This document shows positions 16,713 through 26,011 of a stretch of DNA of 64,000 bases, one piece after another. Source of the DNA: a virus. The notes beneath the pieces were generated by a model. That model was given only the letters and a program-made list of their open reading frames with translations. It did not search any database and was not told the origin of the DNA. The stretch lies in the IMG/VR virus record IMGVR_UViG_3300011763_000009, positions 13,182-77,181 of that record. One strand, 5' to 3'. A program made the translations under genes and the position numbers. Each line of letters opens with the position of its first letter. Within the stretch, counting starts at the first letter, position 1.

Positions 16713-17885
16713 ATGATCAGCCAACCGACGGCATCAAAATACGTCTCCGTTGAAGCCAAGGAATTGGCCTCGGCGCTCAAGCTGGCGAACTCTATTATCG
16801 AGGTGCGAAACACCATCCCGATATTGAACGACGTTCGCCTCAACTACGGGAAAAAGGGATTGTCGGTCGAAGCGACCGACCTCGACTTGCACGCGACCAT
16901 CCACGTTGACGAGGTCGAGGGCGCTGGCACCTGGTCGCTGTGCGTCCCTGCACGTTTCCTCGCAGCCGTGGCATCTGCCGCAGGAACCGGGTGGGTTCAC
17001 ATTGAGCCGGCTCAGGTCGAAATAAAGAACGAGAAGACAGGCGCGACATCAATCCGGCACAGCGCCGAAATCCGTGTTGGTGTCGCATCCTACACGGTCG
17101 AGGCGCATGCGCCGGAAGACTATCCAACCATCGCAGGCGAAAAGGCCGGTATGGTCGAGCGCTTCACCAACGGCCATTTCGCGCTTGCGCTGAAAAAGGT
17201 GTCCGGCTGCATCTCGACCGAGGAGACGCGCTATTACCTGAATGGCGTCAACTGGGCATCCACGCCCAACGGCAGACGCATGGCCGCCACGGACGGCCAC
17301 CGCCTGGCGCTGTGCAGGTACGCAGCGAACGAAGACGAAACTGCCTTCAGCTACATCATCCCCCGCAAGACCGTGGGCGTGATCTCGCAGTTCCTCGCCA
17401 ATGCCGACGTCGAGATCTTCTCCGTCAGCAACGGCAACAAGGTCATCGATACCGTGCTCGAATTCAAAGGCCCCGGCCTGGTTCTTCGGAGCAAGCTCAT
17501 TGACGGCACGTTTCCTGATATCGAGCGGGTGATACCGAAAGAGTTTGCCCACCGTCTTGAGATCCGGACTGACGAGATGCTTCCGGCGATCCGGCAAGCT
17601 ACCGCTATCGGCGGCTGGCGTGGCTCAGCCATTCGGTTGCACGGCGTCTCTGGCAAGCTGCATGTCGAAGTCAAGAACGAGGAGATTGGCACTGCCAAGG
17701 TTTCCACCTCGTGCGATTGGCCGGAAGATCTCGCGCCGATTGGCGTCAACAGCCGATACATGGCCGACATGGTCAAGCGCTGCCAAGGTTCAGTTGCCAT
17801 GCAGCTAAATGGCGATGGCGGTCCGATTGCCCTTGCCGATCAAGATCCGGAAATGACCCGGCTCCTCATGCCGATGAGGGTTTAG
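16713..17885 (+). CDS. dnaN: Phage-encoded DNA polymerase III beta-clamp homologue
   Basis: RNTIPIL, ATDLD, STEETRYYLNGV, ATDGHRLA, SKLIDGTFPD, LLMPMRV. Confidence 0.92.
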   Translation: MISQPTASKYVSVEAKELASALKLANSIIEVRNTIPILNDVRLNYGKKGLSVEATDLDLHATIHVDEVEGAGTWSLCVPARFLAAVASAAGTGWVHIEPAQVEIKNEKTGATSIRHSAEIRVGVASYTVEAHAPEDYPTIAGEKAGMVERFTNGHFALALKKVSGCISTEETRYYLNGVNWASTPNGRRMAATDGHRLALCRYAANEDETAFSYIIPRKTVGVISQFLANADVEIFSVSNGNKVIDTVLEFKGPGLVLRSKLIDGTFPDIERVIPKEFAHRLEIRTDEMLPAIRQATAIGGWRGSAIRLHGVSGKLHVEVKNEEIGTAKVSTSCDWPEDLAPIGVNSRYMADMVKRCQGSVAMQLNGDGGPIALADQDPEMTRLLMPMRV

Positions 17886-17887
17886 TC

Positions 17888-18364
17888 ATGAGCGAGCAAG
17901 CTAAAGCAGACAGCCATATCGACCTCATCGCTCTTGCGGATCGAGTTGCTGCGGGACAGGTCAAGGCTTTGAGCATCAAGCAGCCTTTCCCGCATCACAT
18001 CTTTCATGACGGCAAAGACGTTGAAAACAGGGACTGGCCAACGAAAGGGCGCGGTTGGTTCATCGTTCATGCTGGCGTCTCGAAATCCGAGATTGATAAA
18101 GACGATGAAGAACAGATGGCGATGCCACGTGGCGGCGTCGTAGGCATGGCTCGAATTGTCGACTGCGTAAGAGAAATGGACAGCCGGTGGTTCTTTGGCA
18201 AATTCGGCTTCGTCCTCCGCGACGCATTTCCCCTGCCACTCATACCCTGCCGAGGCCAGCTTTCGTTTTTCAAGCTTGAGCCTGCTGTGAACCAGCTTCT
18301 AGCCGACGCAATCCGCCAGCGCGCGGGCGTCACGGCGGATCAATTGCGAGGAACCGAACAATGA
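17888..18364 (+). CDS. ASCH-domain protein
   Basis: KALSIKQP..GKDVENRDW..HAG..GGVVG..PCRGQL. Confidence 0.85.
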   Translation: MSEQAKADSHIDLIALADRVAAGQVKALSIKQPFPHHIFHDGKDVENRDWPTKGRGWFIVHAGVSKSEIDKDDEEQMAMPRGGVVGMARIVDCVREMDSRWFFGKFGFVLRDAFPLPLIPCRGQLSFFKLEPAVNQLLADAIRQRAGVTADQLRGTEQ

Positions 18365-18876
18365 GCGGATCTCGTCAACGCCGTAAAGAAGCTACCTTCC
18401 GGTCAGGCCGGGAAGAGGGCTTGGCCACAGCAGAGGCCGAACGCAACCTGTTCAAGGGCAAGTATCGGTCGATTGTCACGCTCCTTAACACCACTCGCTG
18501 CCAGCTCCAGGAGATCTTCGACCACGTCGACGACGAGGGAGACCGGCGGTACTTCGGCAGCACGAATCATGTCGATTGGTTGAAAGGTCTCCTCGACGAC
18601 ATGGACGGCTGGTCGATCGACGCCATGCTGCCAAAGGGCGATATCAACAAGATGGAGGCCGACCCTTACGCAGAAATTCGCGCGCAGCGGGCTCGTGCGG
18701 AGGCAGCAGAGGCCGAGGTGAAGCGCCTGAAATCGGTGCTCGGACCGATAGCCGAATTGGCTGGCGACGTATCGGAATTGTGGCCTGATGACGCTCAGGT
18801 CGTAACCGAAATCGGACATTTTCGCCGCGCCCGCACCGCCCTCGCCAGCACAGGAGGCGAACACCATGCGGAGTGA
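18361..18876 (+). CDS. Hypothetical protein
   Basis: Coupled ORF with RBS. Confidence 0.65.
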   Translation: MSGSRQRRKEATFRSGREEGLATAEAERNLFKGKYRSIVTLLNTTRCQLQEIFDHVDDEGDRRYFGSTNHVDWLKGLLDDMDGWSIDAMLPKGDINKMEADPYAEIRAQRARAEAAEAEVKRLKSVLGPIAELAGDVSELWPDDAQVVTEIGHFRRARTALASTGGEHHAE

Positions 18877-19702
18877 AAAGCAGATAGAAGCAGCGGCGCG
18901 CGCCATATGCGCAGCCAAAGGGTTAAATCCAGACTGCTTGCATCAGATCAACGTCTTCGATGGGAAAGACCATTTCGACAGTGAGGATGATCGTGGACGC
19001 CGATATGTGATCGGTTGGCGACTGCAAGAGAAGTTTGCCCGCGCCGCCCTCGAAGCCGCCCTGTCCGCTGCGGAGCCGGTAGCGTGCGAGTACGAACAGG
19101 ATAATGGTGACGGCACATACAGCCCGACCTATGCCCGCTGGCCTCTACCGCCACATATCAAGCCACATGGCGATATGCCGGTTAATCTGTTCTACGCCGC
19201 CCCTCCCGCGCCATCCGTGGCCGTAAAGGCTATCGAACTGGATGGCGTGTCTGATGCTATCGCATACGGTAAAGGTATTTGGCGAACATGCACGGGTTGC
19301 CACGAGAGCAATGAGGGATATCCGACCGGCCCGTTTAGTGACACGCTAAAATGCCACCTCGGCGGTGGCTGTTTCGAATGCGGCGGCATTGGCGCGGTTT
19401 GGGACACGACTGATTACGAGGAAATGGGCAACTTTATCGCCCTCTCCGCACAGGTGCAGGACGCGCCGCTAAAACCAAATGTACTTCCCCTTGCGGTCAC
19501 AGGCCAGACGGAAATCGAACCCGGTGTAACGGCTGCCGATTTAGGGGCTAACGCCGAACCAGAAGACGACGGCGATGCTTGCCCTGCTTGTGGCGGTGCC
19601 AGCCGCATGGGTCCGTTCTTCCCCGGCGGACGATCAACGATCTGCGGCAACTGCACCAGCCCATCCCCGCTATCGAATGTGGAGGGAGCATCAGATGCTT
19701 AG
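18866..19702 (+). CDS. Hypothetical mosaic protein with CxxC motifs
   Basis: GGAGG RBS; CTGC, CFECGG, CPACGG, CGNC. Confidence 0.65.
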   Translation: MRSEKQIEAAARAICAAKGLNPDCLHQINVFDGKDHFDSEDDRGRRYVIGWRLQEKFARAALEAALSAAEPVACEYEQDNGDGTYSPTYARWPLPPHIKPHGDMPVNLFYAAPPAPSVAVKAIELDGVSDAIAYGKGIWRTCTGCHESNEGYPTGPFSDTLKCHLGGGCFECGGIGAVWDTTDYEEMGNFIALSAQVQDAPLKPNVLPLAVTGQTEIEPGVTAADLGANAEPEDDGDACPACGGASRMGPFFPGGRSTICGNCTSPSPLSNVEGASDA

Positions 19703-20303
19703 CCGTCGCGCTTTTCTCATCGGCACATCGGCGCTTGTCGCCGCACCAGCGCTGCCAACCATCGCCATGCCGGCTCCAATCGTCACAGCAGCACGCAGCG
19801 CCGCACCCATGTGGGCAGTTGGCACCCCGGGCGAATTCGACTGGCAGGCCATTCGCGCAGCCACTCCGGAGAAGGCATTCAAGATATGGATGCAGGAACA
19901 GGACTGGGATGCGGAACACGAGATGGAATTTGATCCCGCATTTGTAACTCGAGTCGAGCAGTGGGATAGCCTGCGCAAGGTCAACCCGGCTGATTGGATC
20001 GAGGCAAACATGGGTCACTGCTGCGAGCGCTGCAGCTACGAAACTCACCGTGATGCCGGCGCACGTGTCGTTGCTGGGGAAGTCGTCTGCGAAGATTGCT
20101 TCACGTTTGCCGATCTCATGGCAGAAGGTGGCGAGGACGCAATCGACGAACTCGCGAACAAGATCGCCGACGAAGGCGAGGACGAGGCACGCGAGAGCCT
20201 CGTATCTTCCGGCAATTGGGAACACGTACCCGCTGATCTCTGGCAAGCGGCTTTGGCGATTTGTCGGAATGATCCCGCCCTCACCACGGAGGGCCAGCCA
20301 TGA
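19695..20303 (+). CDS. Hypothetical protein with twin-arginine-like N-terminus
   Basis: MLSRRAFLIG...; CERC, CEDC. Confidence 0.7.
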   Translation: MLSRRAFLIGTSALVAAPALPTIAMPAPIVTAARSAAPMWAVGTPGEFDWQAIRAATPEKAFKIWMQEQDWDAEHEMEFDPAFVTRVEQWDSLRKVNPADWIEANMGHCCERCSYETHRDAGARVVAGEVVCEDCFTFADLMAEGGEDAIDELANKIADEGEDEARESLVSSGNWEHVPADLWQAALAICRNDPALTTEGQP

Positions 20304-20611
20304 GCGATCTTTCAACCCTCTCGGATTTCGATCTGGCTTCCCTTCTCCACGAGACAATGCAGACGCACGATAGCTTGATTGATAGCGCCCCGATGGGCGA
20401 CGAGCGAATCTATTTCGCTGACAAGAAGTGCGACGCCATCAAAGCCGAGCAGCAGCTAAGAGGGTACGAGCCATGCCCTAAGTGTTTCGATTTCGGCGAT
20501 ACGGACGACGAAGGCACTTACTGCGACTGCGCGATGGGCGAACGCCTCAAGGAAAAGTACGATCGCCGCAGTTCACGCTCACCCGAGACGAGGGAGGAGG
20601 GCGACCGTTGA
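20300..20611 (+). CDS. Hypothetical protein
   Basis: Coupled; CPKC..CDC. Confidence 0.65.
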   Translation: MSDLSTLSDFDLASLLHETMQTHDSLIDSAPMGDERIYFADKKCDAIKAEQQLRGYEPCPKCFDFGDTDDEGTYCDCAMGERLKEKYDRRSSRSPETREEGDR

Positions 20612-21147
20612 ACCTCAACGAAGCTAAGCAAACCTATCGAGAAGCAAAAGAGCTTCTACCCCTCGTTTCCGAGAGCTGGGAGCGGACGTACAATCCAGCC
20701 TCCAGCCAGGCCGAAATCTGCCAGCGCGATGACATGACCGGCGAGATCTTCCCGATCGTCATTATCCGCCCGGACTGCCCATACCACGACGGCCAGCTCG
20801 TCGAAAAATCGCTGACGTATTTCCGCGCACTGATGATGGTGATCGATGAAGCCTTTGCGAAGATCCGGAGACTGGAGGGACAACAGCGACAGACGCAACC
20901 ACCGCAACAGCCCAAGCAAAAAGACTTAGCGGCGGAATGCGCGATGCTGTGCGGGCGTCAGGAGTTTCGCCGCTACCTTATGCAATGCCACGATCTCGCA
21001 GACGCCGCCGATGACGAGCGCGTTAACACGCGTGTGCGTCATATCCTGAACATCCGGTCTCGCGCCGACCTGAACACAGACCACCAGGCCGCATCTCGCT
21101 GGAAGCGACTGCGCCGGGACTACTACGCATGGAAGGAAGGCAGATGA
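20608..21147 (+). CDS. Hypothetical protein
   Basis: TTG start with GGAGG RBS; AMLC..F..SRADLN motif. Confidence 0.7.
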   Translation: MNLNEAKQTYREAKELLPLVSESWERTYNPASSQAEICQRDDMTGEIFPIVIIRPDCPYHDGQLVEKSLTYFRALMMVIDEAFAKIRRLEGQQRQTQPPQQPKQKDLAAECAMLCGRQEFRRYLMQCHDLADAADDERVNTRVRHILNIRSRADLNTDHQAASRWKRLRRDYYAWKEGR

Positions 21148-21395
21148 CCAAGAAACCAGATCCCTTTGCGTATCCACCCCGTGGACTCTCACGCGAAGAG
21201 GCCGCGCGATACATCGGCGTAGGATCCACGAAGTTCGACGAGATGGTCAACGATCGCCGCATGCCCAGACCAAAGCGGGTCGACGGTCGCGTCGTCTGGG
21301 ACCGGATTTCCCTCGATGCCGCCTTCAGCGACCTGCCTTCGGACGGCGACAACATGATCGACAGCATCTTGAACAGTCGCAATCTTCATGCGTAA
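21144..21395 (+). CDS. xis: Excisionase / AlpA-like recombination directionality factor
   Basis: PRGLSREEAARYIGVGSTKFDEMV..RVVWDR, directly before int. Confidence 0.8.
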   Translation: MTKKPDPFAYPPRGLSREEAARYIGVGSTKFDEMVNDRRMPRPKRVDGRVVWDRISLDAAFSDLPSDGDNMIDSILNSRNLHA

Positions 21396-21404
21396 CTGCG
21401 TCGC

Positions 21405-22586
21405 ATGATCGACGAGCAAGACAAACGGCCATATCTTTCGAGCTTCTTAGACCGCCACGGAACCATCCGTTGGCGGTTTCGCCGTGCCGGGAAGACAGTT
21501 TCCATTCCAGGCCAACCGGGAGATCCGGAATTCGAGGAGCGCTACCTCGCGGCAGTCGAAGGACGCAAGCCGCGCGTCGCGACCATCCAGAAGCTGCCAG
21601 GCGCAGCACTTCCAGGATCTTTCCGTCAGGCGTGGCTCAAGGTTCGACGTACACCCGAATGGATTGCCCACGACCCCGCGACGAAAGACAAAAACGAACA
21701 CCTCGCGAAAGTCTTTCTTGATCTGCCTGTCGTCGACGGCCACTCAGCCCTCTGGGGCGATATGCCTGTGCGAGATCTGCGCCGGCGGCATGTGAAGGAT
21801 ATTATCGGGCGATTCAGCGAGACGCCGCACAAGGCCAAGCATCTGCTGGTCGCGCTGCGGAAGATGATCACTGTCGCGCTGGACGAAGAATGGATCGACA
21901 CCGACCCGACATGGAAGATGAATTACAAGCCGGCCTATATCGGTTGGCGCGCATGGACGGACAACGAGCGCGCACTGTTTGAGGCTCGCTGGCCACTCGG
22001 ATCTGCCCCAAGGACCGCATATGCGTTGGCGCTTTGGCTGGGCAATCGTCGCTCCGACGTAGTCCGACTACGGTGGGATTGGTTTGATTTCAAGAAGGGC
22101 ATTGCCGCGATCGAGACCAAGAAGGGCAAGAAAGGTTTGATCCTGCCGATCACGCCGATGTTGCGCGAGGCGCTCGACGCGGTGGAGCGCAAGGGTGACA
22201 CCGTGCTTGTGACCCAGTACGGCAAACCGTTCTCGGAAAAATCTATCACCGGGAGAATGCGCGTCTGGACGAAGGCCGCAGACATGCCGACAGGATGCAC
22301 GTTGCACGGTCTTAGAAAAACTTTGGGGAAAATGCTTGCCGAAAGCGGCGCATCAACCAGGCAGTTGATGGAGATGCTCGGGCACGACGATATCGAGCAT
22401 GCCGAACTCTATAGCCGCGAGGCGGAACAGCAGCGCATGGCGCGCGATGCGATGACGAGGCTAACCCGTCAGGTGCAGAAAAAACCCAAGGGCTGTACGG
22501 TGTCACCACTTACTGCAATTAGTGGGAATATCTGGGAACTACCGGGAATTGGCGATATTGCCTTATATTACAAGGCATTGAATTAA
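21405..22586 (+). CDS. int: Tyrosine integrase; last ~30 codons probably derive from the Mu-like end
   Basis: GNRRSD, HGLRK, LGH, catalytic Y in ELYS; composition shift after ...KKPKG at ~22493. Confidence 0.92.
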   Translation: MIDEQDKRPYLSSFLDRHGTIRWRFRRAGKTVSIPGQPGDPEFEERYLAAVEGRKPRVATIQKLPGAALPGSFRQAWLKVRRTPEWIAHDPATKDKNEHLAKVFLDLPVVDGHSALWGDMPVRDLRRRHVKDIIGRFSETPHKAKHLLVALRKMITVALDEEWIDTDPTWKMNYKPAYIGWRAWTDNERALFEARWPLGSAPRTAYALALWLGNRRSDVVRLRWDWFDFKKGIAAIETKKGKKGLILPITPMLREALDAVERKGDTVLVTQYGKPFSEKSITGRMRVWTKAADMPTGCTLHGLRKTLGKMLAESGASTRQLMEMLGHDDIEHAELYSREAEQQRMARDAMTRLTRQVQKKPKGCTVSPLTAISGNIWELPGIGDIALYYKALN

Positions 22587-22910
22587 ATCTGCCGAAGCTT
22601 TTAGCGAATGATTTTGACAGGACATTTCGCTGATTTTGACGAAAGCCGAGGAAACACTGTCGATTGAGACATTTCCTCAAACTCTCCCTCAAATCGGCTT
22701 TAAAAGGCCTCAAGCAATCCTCAAGGCGTTGAAAAATAACGAACCAAAACCTGAATACATTGCCGGAATGCCTGCCGCGAAAAAACAGAAACGTCACATC
22801 GTTTCCAAAGTAAGGTTTTGCTGAGTGAAAAACCTCACCACACAAGAGTGGAAAAGCCGAACTTTCCGGGCCTTTCGCCCTCGGCAGGCAAATTAAAGGT
22901 TTTGCACTGG
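22494..22910. repeat. Putative Mu left-end region with transposase-site-like repeats
   Basis: AT-rich; GGGAA x3 at 10-bp spacing (22524/34/44), TGATTTTGAC at 22609 and 22631, AAGGTTTTGC at 22812 and 22896. Confidence 0.5.
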
Positions 22911-22939
22911 CTCGTTTTCTAAGTGGCGATTCCTTCAGC

Positions 22940-23353
22940 TTACATGTCGAGTTTTACATTATAGGCGGAGGCGGTTGACGCTTCGCCAAACTGTCCGAAG
23001 TAGCTACAGTGAGCAGAACCCCTCAAAGGTACTCCAAACGAGTTGGCTGCATCGTAGGCTAGTTGGACACTAAACAACGCTGGCTTAAAGTCTTTTGAAT
23101 CGTATCCCCGCAACCTATTGATACGCTCTTCCTCTCCCACCCCAGCCTGCATCAATTGCATTTCGAATTCGTCACGGGACAAATTCGACGAAGACGAATG
23201 AGCTTCGATCCTCTGGTACGTGGAAGGCGCTTTAAGCTTGCTCTTAATAGCATCCTCACAGGCGGAAACTATGTGTGAGCCGGAGAAGTCGTCACAACCT
23301 GCTACAGACAGACAACAGACCAGTATGGGAGCTTTAAAAATGAAACGTAGCAT
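22940..23353 (-). CDS. Lipoprotein, probably lysogen-expressed (superinfection-exclusion candidate)
   Basis: Signal with lipobox VAGC; LKAPST, DAANSFG; co-oriented just after the repressor; low GC. Confidence 0.75.
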   Translation of the reverse strand: MLRFIFKAPILVCCLSVAGCDDFSGSHIVSACEDAIKSKLKAPSTYQRIEAHSSSSNLSRDEFEMQLMQAGVGEEERINRLRGYDSKDFKPALFSVQLAYDAANSFGVPLRGSAHCSYFGQFGEASTASAYNVKLDM

Positions 23354-23370
23354 TTTGCCTCTGCAATAGT

Positions 23371-24237
23371 TTAGTGAGCGCGCCGCCAGAGCCACACCAC
23401 TTTCCCAACAATCTTCACCTGATTTATTTCGTCGCCTGCAACACGTATCGCAGCAAAATCCGGATTATCGGACTTCCATTCAATGACGCCCGCGTCAACC
23501 CATAGAGCGCGTTTGACAAGCAACTCCCCGTCTTTGGAAATCACGTACATCTCCCCATCGTCGGGCTGATCATCGCGACGAGGGTAGCTTGTATCGGCAA
23601 CAACCATATCCCCGCTCATAAAGGTGGGCAGCATACTGTCCCCGATAATTTCGATCAGGCGAATGTTCTTGCGGCGCATGCGGAGGATTTGTTGAGACAG
23701 TGCGTCGATATCGAGTTCCAACCCCGGCGAATCGTCGAGGACAACTGATCCACCACCCGCAGAGGCACGAAACGGCAAAAAGGTGACCGTCGCAGGCGGA
23801 CGTGGTGGCGGTGCGTACGGCGTTGGCTTTGGTTGAGAATTCTCCGACGTCAGCTTTGCGAGCTGCTCCACGACTTGGTCGAGCTTTCTAAGGATCGCCG
23901 AATCATCTCGAACTGAGGCGGGAGTTGCCTCGGAATTGAGGCCGCGGTCGGTAGTCTCTCCATGCTGCGCTTGTTCTTCGGAGAAACCGGCAACCGTGCG
24001 ATGCCCTGATGCATCATCAGGGAATGATGAACCGTTTGCTAATTGCTCAAGCGTCAACCCCAACGCTTGAGCAATTTTAAGTGCGTTGATCGCCGACGGC
24101 GTCGATCGAAGTGCAACGTATTTATTCAAGGTGTCCACCGGTATCCCTGTCTTTTTTGACATGACACCCGATTTTCCACCCGCCTGAATAGCGTCTCTCA
24201 CCCGTTCTCTAAACGTGTCTTCTTCCCAATTGGGCAT
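23371..24237 (-). CDS. Phage repressor (HTH + S24 peptidase)
   Basis: HTH KTGIPVDTLNKY; ASAG, GDSM, LLVKR. Confidence 0.9.
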   Translation of the reverse strand: MPNWEEDTFRERVRDAIQAGGKSGVMSKKTGIPVDTLNKYVALRSTPSAINALKIAQALGLTLEQLANGSSFPDDASGHRTVAGFSEEQAQHGETTDRGLNSEATPASVRDDSAILRKLDQVVEQLAKLTSENSQPKPTPYAPPPRPPATVTFLPFRASAGGGSVVLDDSPGLELDIDALSQQILRMRRKNIRLIEIIGDSMLPTFMSGDMVVADTSYPRRDDQPDDGEMYVISKDGELLVKRALWVDAGVIEWKSDNPDFAAIRVAGDEINQVKIVGKVVWLWRRAH

Positions 24238-24294
24238 CCGTCACCTTTCAATGCCCAATTAGGAATTGACTTAATTCCCAATTGGGCATAAATC
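24223..24294. promoter_or_regulatory. Three repressor operators and the early promoter
   Basis: TTCCCAATTGGGCA at 24223 and 24275, inverted variant at 24252; TTGACT-N17-TAAATC at 24266-24294. Confidence 0.8.
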
Positions 24295-24388
24295 TCTTTT
24301 GCAGCCAGCGAAAGCGGGCTGCGATTGCTCACAAGGTTTCAACAAAAAGCGGATGTTTGCAGCATCCGCCCAATACAGGAGGCTCCTA

Positions 24389-24664
24389 ATGGCGAAGGTA
24401 AAACGCTGGGACCGACACGACATCCTTGGCGAACTTCGCCGTCGCCGTATGACGCTGACGAAGCTGGCCGAACTCAATGGAAGAAGCCCTGGCGGATTTC
24501 GCACCATATGGACCCGGCCGAACCGCGAAAACGAGGCGATCATCGCCGAGTTCCTCGGTGTCAAAGTCGAAGAGTTATTCCCCGATCGCTATCCAAAAAG
24601 AACCTCCACCGTTCTGTCTCACGAATATTCTGAAGAGTCCACATCGGGCCGTAAGGCGGCCTGA
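24389..24664 (+). CDS. ner: Ner-like DNA-binding protein
   Basis: WDRHDILGELRRRRMTLTKLA..EAIIAEFLG..LFPDRY. Confidence 0.88.
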   Translation: MAKVKRWDRHDILGELRRRRMTLTKLAELNGRSPGGFRTIWTRPNRENEAIIAEFLGVKVEELFPDRYPKRTSTVLSHEYSEESTSGRKAA

Positions 24665-24843
24665 TGCGTATGGAACGAACGGCGGTCCGCTCTTCTAGCC
24701 TTTTCCGTCCGGTTACGGCGCTTTGCCGCCCGGCAGGGAAACCCGGCGCTCCCTTTTTCAAGGGCGTTTCTCCCCGGCTGATCGAGACATGCCCCGTCGC
24801 TCGTTCCACGTCCCGACATTCCCTCATTTCAGGATGCCCGCCA

Positions 24844-25002
24844 ATGACGAAACAGCACCCCGAAATAGACAGAAATCCATTCGTTCCGGCACGCGATCGC
24901 GTGTGCCGGATGGCTGACACCCTGCTCATTTTCAGTATCGCGTTGGCAGGCGTGTCAGCCGCCTTTTTCGCTCTCATCAATCATCTTGGAGCCGCCCAAT
25001 GA
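24844..25002 (+). CDS. Small membrane protein
   Basis: AGGA RBS; C-terminal TM; ATGA-coupled to the next gene. Confidence 0.55.
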   Translation: MTKQHPEIDRNPFVPARDRVCRMADTLLIFSIALAGVSAAFFALINHLGAAQ

Positions 25003-25748
25003 ACGCAGTTCTCAATCACATTGCCGTGCCGTTCTTCCACCGCGTGCCGACGCGCGGAAAGCCTGTTGTTCTCGCTGTCTTTGACGGCATTGCCGAGAAG
25101 GCCTGGCACCACAAGGAAGCCTTCTTGAAACTCTCGAACGATTTGCGTCAGAAGGACATAGAGCCGCCGACGCTTAGCGAGTTTCAGGACTGGTATGCCC
25201 GCGTCAAAAACGGCCTTGTAGAGCGCCCCCACCCGTCCGAAGTGCTTTCCGATATCAACACTGCGGCGATAAACCCTTACAATCCGCGTCCGAAGGGTGC
25301 GGAGGAGCGCCGCTTTTCGCGTCTGTATGGTGAGATCAGTTATCCGGCCGGCCGGGACATCGTCGAATGCGCAAGTGAACATATAGCCCTAGAGGTGGCG
25401 CGGCTTTCGGCACAAGAAAATCGCCTTGAACAGGCCCGCGCCATTGTCGCGGCTGCACATCGCCTGTTCGAAGTTAAACTGGCAGCTGGTTATAGTCCCA
25501 TTTCCATCGGGCTCGACGACACGATCGTCCAGGAGGCGCTGCGCGACGTTCTCTCCGCGGAGGCTACCGCAACCGTGATGGATGCCGACACTCACATGAC
25601 GCCGGGAAACAAGCTGGTCGATCTTCTTCTTGGCGAAGGCGACGAGGATATCGACGCCAAGCTGGTCGACTGCCTGACGATCGACATGCAGGCCGAGATT
25701 TGCGCCCTGCTGGTGAAGCGCATGGGCAATGAAGGCGGTGAGAATTGA
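24999..25748 (+). CDS. Hypothetical early protein
   Basis: 249-aa coupled ORF. Confidence 0.75.
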   Translation: MNAVLNHIAVPFFHRVPTRGKPVVLAVFDGIAEKAWHHKEAFLKLSNDLRQKDIEPPTLSEFQDWYARVKNGLVERPHPSEVLSDINTAAINPYNPRPKGAEERRFSRLYGEISYPAGRDIVECASEHIALEVARLSAQENRLEQARAIVAAAHRLFEVKLAAGYSPISIGLDDTIVQEALRDVLSAEATATVMDADTHMTPGNKLVDLLLGEGDEDIDAKLVDCLTIDMQAEICALLVKRMGNEGGEN

Positions 25749-25885
25749 GTTCGTCGCTGCTTCTGGCCGCTGGTTCTGCGATTTCGATCGCCGCCGCCGC
25801 CATCATGGCCTGGAACGATAAGGGCAATTGGGGCTGGTTCCTCATCGCCGGCCTCTTACTGGCCAGCGCCCTAGACCGCTCCTGA
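25745..25885 (+). CDS. Small two-TM protein (WGWFL motif)
   Basis: Hand translation LSSSLLLAAGSAISIAAAAIMAWNDKGNWGWFLIAGLLLASALDRS. Confidence 0.55.
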   Translation: MSSSLLLAAGSAISIAAAAIMAWNDKGNWGWFLIAGLLLASALDRS

Positions 25886-26011
25886 CAATTTCCCGAACCG
25901 TCGCTCTGTTACCCCCAGGGAGCGACGCCAGATGCCGGGACGGCCACGTCCCCCCGGTCCCCACCGTCCCGGCATCGACTTCCCGAAATTCGCATTCAGC
26001 CCGAGGTTATC

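Larger units (their letters stand above)
1..22493. mobile_element. Lambdoid/HK97-like prophage (partial; continues left of the window)
   Basis: Gene order head protease-portal-terL-terS-HNH-antiterminator-replication-cII-cro/cI-early left arm-xis-int. Confidence 0.93.

Noticed and set aside
22519..22845. ORFs in the Mu left-end region
   Set aside because: AT-rich end region with repeats; no RBS or recognisable motif
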